Assembly (NCBI GenBank): GCA_036507075.1
Contig: DASXQR010000059.1
Coordinates: 31,850-95,849, forward strand
Length of the DNA: 64,000 nucleotides
Source of the DNA: Acidobacteriota bacterium
GTDB lineage: Bacteria; Acidobacteriota; UBA6911; JACQSX01
Reading direction: 5' to 3'
The notes beneath the pieces are model-generated. The model made no database searches. It was not told the origin of the DNA and saw only the letters and a list, made by a program, of their open reading frames with translations. The position numbers and the translations under genes are program-made. This document shows, piece after piece, positions 30,258 through 38,691 of this stretch (position 1 is the first letter of the stretch; every line of letters begins with the position of its first letter).

Positions 30258-31743
30258 ATTGATCGCAAACTCAAAACAACCTGTTTACCGCCAGATCGCC
30301 GACGCCATTCAGCAACAAGTACGGCAAGGCCTGCTCAGGACCGGAGAGAAGCTTCCATCGACGCGCCAACTGGCCGATTCGCTGAAGGTAAATCGCACCA
30401 CTGTTTGCCTGGCCTATGACCAGTTAAAGCAGCGTGGGTTCGTAGAATCACACGTAGGGCGCGGGACGCGAATCCTGGGTGGAGGGGAAAACGGCAAGGC
30501 TTCCCGAGGGGGCGACCTGGCTTGGGAGCAGTTGCTCTCTTCCGGCATGAAAACGCTTTTGCGCACGCTGGCGCCGCGCCGTGCCGATGCTGCTGACATT
30601 CAGGCTGATTTTTCCAGGTTGATACCTGATCAAAATCTTTTTCCCGTAGAGGCTTTCGAAGCGATCCTGAAATCGGTAATCCGAAAGCAGGGAGCCGGCC
30701 TGTTTCAGTATGGACCCGCGCTGGGACTTCCCGCTCTTCGATCGCTGATTGCACAACGCATGAAGCGGTGGGGGATCGCCGCCAGCGACTCGGAAATCAT
30801 CATCGTCAACGGCGCGCAGCAGGGAATGGATCTGCTCTTCAAGGCCTTGATCGAGCCGGGCGATGTAGTGGTTGTGGAATCTCCTACATACGCCAACATC
30901 TTGCCGCTGCTCGGATTTTATCGGGCGCAGGTGGTGGGCGTGAACATGACCAGCGGCGGGCTGGACCTGGAGGCTTTTCGCGCCATCGCGGCCCAGCGGG
31001 CGCCCAAGCTGATTTACACCATTCCGAACTTTCAGAATCCCACCGGCATCTGTACGTCGAGTTCTCATCGGCGTCATCTGCTCCGCATTGCCGAAGAGTT
31101 CAACGTTCCGATTCTGGAAGATGGTTACGAAGAGGATTTGCGAACCAGCGGCAGGGGCATACAACCGATCAAGGCGTCCGATCGTGCCGGGCACGTCATT
31201 TACCTGGGCACTTTTTCCAAAGGCTTGTTTCCGGGTTTACGGATCGGCTGGATTGTGGCCAATCGCAGCTTGATTGAAACCCTCGGGGCCGCCAAATTCA
31301 CAACCGACTACCACACCAGCCTGTTGCTTCAGGCGGCACTGGCCGAATTCCTGTCCCGCGGCCACTATGATCGCCACCTGAAGGGGCTTCAGAGAATCCT
31401 GGCTTCACGGCTGCAGGTCGCGATGTCGGCCATGAAGAAGCATTTTCCGCGAGGAGTTCACTGGACCTCCCCTGACGGCGGCTATTCGGTATGGATCACC
31501 GTGCCGGCAGGCGTTTCGGCCCGCCGCATCGCTGAGGAGGCGCAACGCGAAGGTGTGTTAATCACGGCCGGCGATTACTTCTTCAATTCATCGGACGATT
31601 GCTCGTCATTCCGCATGAGTGTTTCCACAGCAGATGAAAATCAGATTCGTGACGGAATCGAGTTGCTGGGAAAAGTAATCGCGCGACAAATACAGGTTAG
31701 CCCGGGAACCGGGAGCATTGGTGGAGATTTACCGCATATCTAA
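30247..31743 (+). CDS. pdxR: MocR/GntR family PLP-dependent regulator, likely PdxR
   Basis: wHTH GEKLPSTRQLADSL.VNRTTV..AY, aminotransferase-like domain (PNFQNPTG, EDGY, GTFSK..PGLRIG). Adjacent to pdxST. Confidence 0.8.
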   Translation: MVIQLIANSKQPVYRQIADAIQQQVRQGLLRTGEKLPSTRQLADSLKVNRTTVCLAYDQLKQRGFVESHVGRGTRILGGGENGKASRGGDLAWEQLLSSGMKTLLRTLAPRRADAADIQADFSRLIPDQNLFPVEAFEAILKSVIRKQGAGLFQYGPALGLPALRSLIAQRMKRWGIAASDSEIIIVNGAQQGMDLLFKALIEPGDVVVVESPTYANILPLLGFYRAQVVGVNMTSGGLDLEAFRAIAAQRAPKLIYTIPNFQNPTGICTSSSHRRHLLRIAEEFNVPILEDGYEEDLRTSGRGIQPIKASDRAGHVIYLGTFSKGLFPGLRIGWIVANRSLIETLGAAKFTTDYHTSLLLQAALAEFLSRGHYDRHLKGLQRILASRLQVAMSAMKKHFPRGVHWTSPDGGYSVWITVPAGVSARRIAEEAQREGVLITAGDYFFNSSDDCSSFRMSVSTADENQIRDGIELLGKVIARQIQVSPGTGSIGGDLPHI

Positions 31744-31779
31744 AATTGGCGAATTGTGTGTTTAAAATTGATTGGTGGT

Positions 31780-31960
31780 TAGGTTACGGGTTTCCGGGTT
31801 ACGGGTTGACGGGTTGACGGGTTACGGGTTGCGGGTTGGAGTAGTTACGGAGTCAAGGTTGAAAATTGGTCGATGCCAATGGCGGTTACTACCGATCCAG
31901 TCCGCTCTAACCGGAACTCTTGCAACTCGTAACTCGTTAACCCGAAACTCGTAATCCGAG
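31780..31960. repeat. Inverted (GGGTTAC/GGGTTGA)n ... (GTAACTC/GTAACCC)n arrays
   Basis: Directly visible. The same family occurs at 51260-51495 and 52675-52992. Confidence 0.75.
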
Positions 31961-32020
31961 AGTCGAACTCAGCAATTTTGAATCTTGAACTTTCTAATTG
32001 ATAGCGCGGAGGAATGAACC

Positions 32021-32902
32021 ATGGAGATCGGAACTTTGAAACTGAAGACCGGACTTGCCGAAATGCTCAAGGGTGGCACCATCATGGATGTCACCAATGC
32101 AGAACAGGCTAAGATCGCCGAGGATGCAGGCGCGGTGGCAGTAATGGCCCTCGAGAGAGTACCGGCCGATATCCGCGCCGAAGGCGGAGTTGCGCGCATG
32201 GCGCCCATCAGCAAGATTCGCGAGATTCAGCAGACCGTCAGCATCCCGGTAATGGCCAAGTGCCGTATTGGACACATTGCCGAAGCGCGCATTCTGGAAG
32301 CCATGAAAGTGGACTTTATCGATGAGAGTGAAGTTCTCACGCCGGCCGATGAGGAAAACCATGTCAACAAAATGGATTTCGTGGTGCCGTTCGTCTGCGG
32401 CGCACGCGATTTGGGAGAAGCTTTGCGCCGCATCGCAGAAGGCGCAGCCCTGATTCGGACCAAGGGAGAAGCAGGATCCGGCAATATCGTCGAGGCGGTT
32501 CGGCACATACGCAAAATTCGCCGCGAACTCCGCACGCTCACCATTGCCGGCGACGAGGAGTTGATGACGGAAGCCAAGCGGCTGGGCGCTCCCTACGAAC
32601 TGGTCAAATGGGTGGCGCGTGAAGGAAAGCTGCCGGTTCCCAATTTCGCCGCCGGCGGCGTCGCCACGCCTGCCGACGCCGCGCTGGTGATGCTGCTGGG
32701 AGCGGAATCGGTCTTCGTGGGCAGCGGTATTTTTAAATCTTCCGATCCGGCCAGCCGCGCGCGCGCCATTGTGCAAGCCGTCACGCACTACAACGACCCG
32801 GAGCGCCTGGCTGCAATATCGGAAGGTCTTGGAGAAGGGATGAAAGGACTCGATATCGCGCAGCTCGATAAAAAGGAGCTGCTTCAAGTGCGGGGCTGGT
32901 AA
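32021..32902 (+). CDS. pdxS: Pyridoxal 5'-phosphate synthase lyase subunit
   Basis: [56 protein letters not shown]. Confidence 0.98.
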   Translation: MEIGTLKLKTGLAEMLKGGTIMDVTNAEQAKIAEDAGAVAVMALERVPADIRAEGGVARMAPISKIREIQQTVSIPVMAKCRIGHIAEARILEAMKVDFIDESEVLTPADEENHVNKMDFVVPFVCGARDLGEALRRIAEGAALIRTKGEAGSGNIVEAVRHIRKIRRELRTLTIAGDEELMTEAKRLGAPYELVKWVAREGKLPVPNFAAGGVATPADAALVMLLGAESVFVGSGIFKSSDPASRARAIVQAVTHYNDPERLAAISEGLGEGMKGLDIAQLDKKELLQVRGW

Positions 32903-33004
32903 GTGGAGCACGAATTTAGATCACGAATTACACGAATTACACGAATTTTCACGAAGTAATCTAAAAAGATTCGTGAAATTCGTGATCCACTCCAGGATTT
33001 AGCA

Positions 33005-33583
33005 TTGAGAATAGGTGTGCTCAGTTTCCAAGGCGATTTTGAGGCCCATACGCGGGCCGTTCAGCAGGCAGGCGCGGAACCACTGCAGGTGCGCAATCGA
33101 GATCAACTCGGGCAGTGCGAGGCGCTGATTATTCCCGGTGGTGAGAGCACCACGTTTCTCAAGTTTCTGGAACTGGAAAACTTCACCCAGCCCTTGATCG
33201 ATTTCGGCCGTGAGCGGCCGATCTTCGGCACGTGCGCCGGAGCCATCCTGCTGGCAAGTCAGGTGGAAAATCCGCCGCAGTTCAGTCTCGGCCTGATGGA
33301 CATGACGGTGCGGCGCAATGCCTACGGCCGGCAGGCCGACAGCCACTCGGAGATCTGCAGATCCGAGATGCTGCAGCCTGATTCATTCGAAGCGATTTTC
33401 ATACGGGCTCCGGCAATCACCCGCGTAGGAGATCAAGTCCAGGTACTGGCCAGCAGAGATTCCAATCCGATTTGGGTGCGCCAGGGCTTGCATTGGGCGG
33501 CAACATTTCATCCGGAACTTTCCAGAGACAGAAGGATTCACGAACTCTTTCTGGAGGAGACGAGGAAAAGGGCAAACAGGTAG
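33005..33583 (+). CDS. pdxT: Pyridoxal 5'-phosphate synthase glutaminase subunit
   Basis: QGDF, IIPGGESTT, GTCAGAILL, RRNAYGRQ, FIRAP, FHPEL. Confidence 0.97.
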   Translation: MRIGVLSFQGDFEAHTRAVQQAGAEPLQVRNRDQLGQCEALIIPGGESTTFLKFLELENFTQPLIDFGRERPIFGTCAGAILLASQVENPPQFSLGLMDMTVRRNAYGRQADSHSEICRSEMLQPDSFEAIFIRAPAITRVGDQVQVLASRDSNPIWVRQGLHWAATFHPELSRDRRIHELFLEETRKRANR

Positions 33584-33796
33584 TGGATCAGTTTGAATTC
33601 TGAAGTCTCGGCGAAAACTTAGCGTTCTCTGTGTAACCTGTTGGCAACTTCTTGTGTTTTAGGCAAGATTTCAGAAAACATTCGATCACGTCAACGTCTA
33701 TCGTTGACGTGCACGTGGCCGTCCTCGGTTTTTTCTTTGGTTGCGGCCTTCGGCCGGGCTGCGACTCTGCGGTGAATTCCGACGTATCTTCCATGC

Positions 33797-34813
33797 CTAT
33801 AGCTTCCAGTGTGAGTGGGCGGCTTGTGCTTTGCGGCGGTAGATGTTCCACACCTCTGACCGCTCGATGAGCGGCTCGGTTGCATCGTGCTTTCCCAGCA
33901 TCACTTGCAGTGACTGCCGCACGCACGCTGACAGTGCGGCGAGGTTGTAACCTCCTTCCAGCAGATAAACGATACGGCCGCCGCAAAGCTCCTTTGCCGC
34001 GCGCTGCAGCGACTGGACCACGACTCCGAAACCTCGGGTGCTTATCTGAATCTGCGCCAGCGGATCATCACGATGCGCATCGTATCCGGCGGAAACAAAA
34101 ATCCAGTCCGGCCCGAACCGGCGTAAAATTGCAGGCACCAGGTCCGTGTAGATCGGCAGGAACAAGTCTTCACCCGTCCCCGCGGCAAGCGGAAAATTCA
34201 CCGTAAATCCCTTCCCTTCTCCCCCGCCCGTTTCGTTCCAGTCGCCCGTGCCCGGATAGAACGGGTACTGGTGGCTCGACAGATACAGCACATCGCTGCG
34301 ATCGTAAAAAGAATGCTGCGTTCCATTGCCATGGTGAACATCGAAATCGATGACCGCGACTTTTCGGCTTCCATGCTCGCGTAGAGCCCACTCTGCAGCA
34401 ATGGCGATGTTGTTCAAGAGACAAAAGCCCATCGCCCGCTCCCTTTCGGCGTGATGCCCCGGCGGGCGCACCATCGCAAAACCTGTCGTTCCACTTTTGG
34501 CTGCCTCCCTGGCAACCGCCAGAGCTGTTCCAGCCGCCGCCAGCGCAACCTCAACCGATCGGGCTGATGCGACAGTATCCGGATCCAACCTTGCCCTCCG
34601 GCCGCGAAGTCTCCTCAAACTGTTCAGATAGTCGGCCCCGTGCACCCACTCCGCCTCGGTCCAGGAGGCCGAAGAAACGGGGACAAATTGAAGTTGGGAG
34701 CGCCACGGCAAAGTTTCCAGCATTTGCTGCAGAGCCACAATGCGCTGCGGGCTCTCCGGATGCCCGAAGCCTGGATCGTGTTCGGTAAACAAGGAATCTA
34801 TGGCAACTAGCAT
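33797..34813 (-). CDS. Histone deacetylase-like (HDAC family) amidohydrolase
   Basis: HPESPQR, RPPGHHA, GFCLLNN, DFDVHHGNGTQ, SAGYDAH..DPL, LEGGY. Confidence 0.95.
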   Translation of the reverse strand: MLVAIDSLFTEHDPGFGHPESPQRIVALQQMLETLPWRSQLQFVPVSSASWTEAEWVHGADYLNSLRRLRGRRARLDPDTVASARSVEVALAAAGTALAVAREAAKSGTTGFAMVRPPGHHAERERAMGFCLLNNIAIAAEWALREHGSRKVAVIDFDVHHGNGTQHSFYDRSDVLYLSSHQYPFYPGTGDWNETGGGEGKGFTVNFPLAAGTGEDLFLPIYTDLVPAILRRFGPDWIFVSAGYDAHRDDPLAQIQISTRGFGVVVQSLQRAAKELCGGRIVYLLEGGYNLAALSACVRQSLQVMLGKHDATEPLIERSEVWNIYRRKAQAAHSHWKL

Positions 34814-35021
34814 TGGGCGGTTTGGGCACGAATTACACAAATTACACGACGGTCTTTTTGATTGCAATCTCAGCCCGGGATAACCGGTAAAGCCCGGGAT
34901 CGGCATTCAAGGTGAGCGAGCGCACCCCTACCAGGCTAACTATCATGCAAATGTTGTCCTTCCAGGGTTAATATAGGTGTCACCCCTGAGGGCTTGGGAA
35001 TACAAATACCGTCTGTTTCAC

Positions 35022-36647
35022 ATGGATCTAAGAATCCAATACCACGATTCTGAGGGCAGAGAACACGTTGTCATGATCGACAAGCCGTTGTTTACCATCG
35101 GCCGCAGTCATAACAACGATCTTTGCCTGCCCTTTATGTATGTCTCGCGCGAGCACGCGCAAATCGCGAAACGCGGCAATCAGTTTGTTATTGAGGACCT
35201 GAAGAGCAAACACGGCACTTTCCTGAACGGCACAAAGATCGACTGGGCCACGCTGCAAGACTCCGATCGCATCGCGATCGGGGGCCCAAACGGTATCAAG
35301 ATTACCGTTGGCGGGAAAGACGTTTTCAGCTCCCTGTTGAGCCGCTCGGAAAAGACGCGTGATGGAAAGGGATTCAAGGATATTGCGAATTTACTGGACT
35401 CATTCCAGACGCTGAACGCATCGTTCGAGATTGAAGAACTCCTGAATTTGATCGTAGACGAAGCGATCGAATTGTCGAATGCCGATCGCGGACTGATTAT
35501 GCTGACGCAACCCGACAGCAAGCTGCATTTTGTCTCGGGCCGCGGGCGACAGCGACAGAACGTGGAATTTGCATCATTTTCAGTGAGCAGGCGAGTTCCC
35601 GAAGAATCGATGCGTACCCAGCAGACAGTGGTGATACAGGATTTCACCAATGATTTGTACAGCAAGGGGCATGACACTACGCGCTGGCTGGGATTGAAGT
35701 CGGTTTGCTGTGTTCCGCTGCGCCTCGGCCGAATTGCTCAAACACTGCAACTGACCGCCGATTTCCGTCCCGAATCGCTGGGTGTTCTTTACCTGGACAG
35801 CTGGTCAGCGGTAAATGCCTTCAAGGGCGATGTTCTGAAGGCGCTGGAAACCATCGCCTACGAAGCTTCCATGGCTATCGACAAAGCGAGGAAGTACAAG
35901 GAATCGCTGGAAAAGAAAAAGGCAGAAGGAGAGCAGCACTTCGTGCGTGAGATCCAGCGGCAGCTCATGCCCACCCTGCATCACACCAGGGACTGGGTCG
36001 AGGTCGCGTCGGCGTACGTTCCCTGTCGCGATCTGGGCGGGGACTATACGGATTTGCTGGAATTGCCGGATGATAAGCTGGGACTGGTGATTGCCGAGGT
36101 GTCGGGCAAAGGAACTCCAGCCGCTCTCATCACCTGCCGTTTGCAGGGTCTGCTAGCCGCCAACGCCCTGCTGGATGTCCCGCTGCTGGAGACCATCTCC
36201 AACGTCAACCGCGCCTTGCAGAATCAGCGAAGCGAGCGACGCCTGATCACGCTCTTTTACGGCATCCTGTCCAGAGATGGAAAGCTGACCTATATCAATG
36301 CGGGCCACAATCCTCCCCTGTTGTTACAGCAGGATAAAGTGAAGCGGCTTGAGACGGGCGGACTGATCCTGGGGCTCGCCCGCGACGCACACCGGATCGA
36401 AACGGTGGCGGTCAAACCAGGTGATCTGTTGGTGCTGTTTACCGATGGGCTGACTCAAGCCCAGAATCCTGCGGGTGACGAGTTCGGGGAAGAACGGGTG
36501 ATCGAAAGGATTAGCGCGCATCGAAACGAGTCAAGCGAGGAGCTGGCGCACCTGGTGGTAGATGAACTTCAGCGCTTCTGCAAGGGAACGCCTCTGATGG
36601 ACGATGTCACAATAATGGTGGTCAAGATCAATCCCGCACTGGGCTGA
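35022..36647 (+). CDS. FHA-GAF-SpoIIE/PP2C-type Ser/Thr phosphatase
   Basis: FHA (IGRS, VSREHA, DLKSKHGTFLNG), GAF, and PP2C motifs GGDY, AEVSGKG, NAGH, FTDGL, DDVT. Confidence 0.92.
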   Translation: MDLRIQYHDSEGREHVVMIDKPLFTIGRSHNNDLCLPFMYVSREHAQIAKRGNQFVIEDLKSKHGTFLNGTKIDWATLQDSDRIAIGGPNGIKITVGGKDVFSSLLSRSEKTRDGKGFKDIANLLDSFQTLNASFEIEELLNLIVDEAIELSNADRGLIMLTQPDSKLHFVSGRGRQRQNVEFASFSVSRRVPEESMRTQQTVVIQDFTNDLYSKGHDTTRWLGLKSVCCVPLRLGRIAQTLQLTADFRPESLGVLYLDSWSAVNAFKGDVLKALETIAYEASMAIDKARKYKESLEKKKAEGEQHFVREIQRQLMPTLHHTRDWVEVASAYVPCRDLGGDYTDLLELPDDKLGLVIAEVSGKGTPAALITCRLQGLLAANALLDVPLLETISNVNRALQNQRSERRLITLFYGILSRDGKLTYINAGHNPPLLLQQDKVKRLETGGLILGLARDAHRIETVAVKPGDLLVLFTDGLTQAQNPAGDEFGEERVIERISAHRNESSEELAHLVVDELQRFCKGTPLMDDVTIMVVKINPALG

Positions 36648-36669
36648 TGTGGAAAGTCACATTCCGACG

Positions 36670-37794
36670 TTACAGTTCCGCTGCCGCCTGATAGGATGCG
36701 GCCCCGGCGCTCTTATTGGGAAGCCCGCCCTTAACGGCAAGCCGGTCCGTGTAGTAGCACGACAGCTTGGTGTAGATACAGTGCGCCCGCGGCACCTCCA
36801 GAAAATCGCCTGTTGCCTGAACACACACCGACGGGCAGATCGCGCAGCGATCCAGATAGCGGCATTCGGAGCACTTAAACGGCCCGCTGCGGCGGTGGGA
36901 CTGGTCGACCGTCTGCGGCAAGCCGTCCAGCCGCGCCGCAACATCGGGACCGGGCATGCGTTTGAGGCCGCCGCACAAATCCCCCAGCACGAAGCGCTCA
37001 AATTCCTCCTGCTTGCCGAACGTCCACTTGGGCGTGCGCATCACGCAGTCAAAGATCTTTCCTTCCGGAGTAACCACCCAACTTCCTCTCACACCTTTGC
37101 ACTGGTAGGCCTTCCCGAAGCTGCCCAGAGTAAAGCGCGGGAACGATATCCGCCGGCCTTCGGCGACTTCCTGCGAGCAGAGCTGAAATAAGGATCGAAA
37201 CTGGCGAGCCATTTCACGCAGTTGTTCCTGGCTCCAGGAATGAATTGAATCGATCACAAAATCGCAGTGCCGCACCTTGAGGCTGGAAATGAAGCGCACG
37301 GACTGCTCCAGGTATTGAATATTTCCGGGGTGCACTACCGCGTTCAGGTTCAACTGTATCTGCGGGTATTGCCGGATCTTGTCCAGAACGTTTCGCGTTT
37401 TTTCAAAGGTCTTAGGCCCGCGTCCCGCCTCATGCGACTCCCGGATTCCGTCGAAACTGAGCAGGATTTCCATGGAGATGGAATTCAGGTACTCGAGCTT
37501 TTCGTCGGTCAACAGCAGGCCGTTGCTGGTCATGCTGAAACAGACTTCTTTCACTGCGCGCTTTTGCAGGGTGCGGACCAGGTCGACAGTCTGACGAATC
37601 TTCTCCCATTCCAGCGCGGGCTCTCCTCCATAAAAGTAAATCTTCAGCCGGGGATCGAGGTCCTTGAATGTGAGGCGAACCGCTTTCTCTATCAACTCCC
37701 AGGAAAGCCGTCCCTTGCCGGCGCGGTCCTGATAACAGTAATTGCAAGCGAGATTGCAGCGGTCGGTCAAGTGCAGCGTTAAGGATTTCGTGAT
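36670..37794 (-). CDS. Radical SAM protein with SPASM domain (probable peptide maturase)
   Basis: CNLACNYC, YGGEP, TSNG, SFDG. SPASM-type CKG...PEGKIFDC and CSECRYLDRCAICPSVC...HC. Start uncertain (TTG 37770 or ATC 37794). Confidence 0.9.
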   Translation of the reverse strand: MTKSLTLHLTDRCNLACNYCYQDRAGKGRLSWELIEKAVRLTFKDLDPRLKIYFYGGEPALEWEKIRQTVDLVRTLQKRAVKEVCFSMTSNGLLLTDEKLEYLNSISMEILLSFDGIRESHEAGRGPKTFEKTRNVLDKIRQYPQIQLNLNAVVHPGNIQYLEQSVRFISSLKVRHCDFVIDSIHSWSQEQLREMARQFRSLFQLCSQEVAEGRRISFPRFTLGSFGKAYQCKGVRGSWVVTPEGKIFDCVMRTPKWTFGKQEEFERFVLGDLCGGLKRMPGPDVAARLDGLPQTVDQSHRRSGPFKCSECRYLDRCAICPSVCVQATGDFLEVPRAHCIYTKLSCYYTDRLAVKGGLPNKSAGAASYQAAAEL

Positions 37795-37874
37795 GACACT
37801 CCCCGGACAAAAACTCTTTCTAAGCCGCTTGGCAAGTTCAGCCCGACCGTTTAATTCGTGGAATAGACCAGGAA

Positions 37875-37912
37875 AGGGGCCGATTAGTAGCTTGGGGGGC
37901 TAATCGGCCCCT
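37875..37912 (-). terminator. 13-bp stem hairpin between the peptide gene and the rSAM gene (leaky terminator or mRNA stabiliser)
   Basis: aggggccgattag (37875-37887) pairs with ctaatcggcccct (37900-37912). Only a short U-run follows on the minus strand. Confidence 0.7.
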
Positions 37913-37940
37913 GGAGAACCCAGGAGACTCCAGAGATCCC

Positions 37941-38156
37941 TTACTTCTGCGTCAGCTCTGGAATTCTGGGCCACATAACGCCGCAGCCGAATTCATTCTT
38001 TACGTTGGCGCCGGCGTTGAGCCTGTTTTGGATTGAAGAAAGATGGCCGTAAATCGACTCCAGCGTCGGGTCGGCGCCGGTCCCGGCCAGTTGCCCGAGC
38101 TTAAGATTGATCTGGTTTAGCGAGTCGTTGATCTCAGAAAGGCGAGTGAAATGCAT
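37941..38156 (-). CDS. 71-aa candidate RiPP precursor peptide
   Basis: Strong RBS AAGGAGA before ATG. Helical N-part and C-terminal tail EFGCGVMWPRIPELTQK. Directly upstream of the rSAM/SPASM gene. Confidence 0.75.
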   Translation of the reverse strand: MHFTRLSEINDSLNQINLKLGQLAGTGADPTLESIYGHLSSIQNRLNAGANVKNEFGCGVMWPRIPELTQK

Positions 38157-38271
38157 TGAATCTCCTTAGCGTTGAGGTTGAAGTTGACGGTTGCAGCTCT
38201 TCTTCAGGAGAACCATATTTCCGGCCCCTCGTAACGGGAACATACTCTCCGAGCCACAGGCTGACTGCGTT

Positions 38272-38307
38272 TGTCAATAATTTGACAGCGTATTATGATA
38301 ATGTCAA
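38272..38307. promoter_or_regulatory. Triple TTGACA/TGTCAA operator-like site upstream of the precursor gene
   Basis: TGTCAA(38272)-N4-TTGACA(38282)-N14-TGTCAA(38302) in an AT-rich patch. Confidence 0.5.
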
Positions 38308-38380
38308 GCGAAATTATGCAGGCTGTTTTTTGACGTAAAATTCGCGCGCCTGACGATGAATCTAAAGGACTTTAGACGGT

Positions 38381-38599
38381 TTATGGGGTTGGTTTTTTGT
38401 CGGGCAGGGATTTGTTCTTGACCGTTTCGGACTCGAATTCCGCCTTATGGGCTGCGATTTCGTGCTCGATCCAGCGAAGGTGGGCGGAAATGAACTGAAT
38501 CAGATTTGGGTCGGCACCCGACTCTTGCAGTTCCTGCAGCTTCTTTTTCACTTCCCGCAACGACTTTTTGATCTCTTGATAGGTGCTGCTTCTCTTCAT
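38381..38599 (-). CDS. 72-aa small protein paralogous to the precursor leader
   Basis: 16/42 identities to the 71-aa peptide in a manual alignment (EIxxSL...KLxxLxxxGADPxL...IxxHLxxI). Weak RBS. Confidence 0.7.
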   Translation of the reverse strand: MKRSSTYQEIKKSLREVKKKLQELQESGADPNLIQFISAHLRWIEHEIAAHKAEFESETVKNKSLPDKKPTP

Positions 38600-38691
38600 T
38601 TGTGGAGCACGAATTTTTTGTTGAACACGAATTTTCACGAATTTTCACGAATTTCACGAAGTTATTCTTGAGATCCGTGAAATAGATTCTC

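Noticed and set aside
36670..37794. rSAM as anaerobic sulfatase maturase for the sulfatase at the window start
   Set aside because: It lies ~35 kb away and is instead directly linked to a small-peptide gene. Not fully excluded without a phylogeny.
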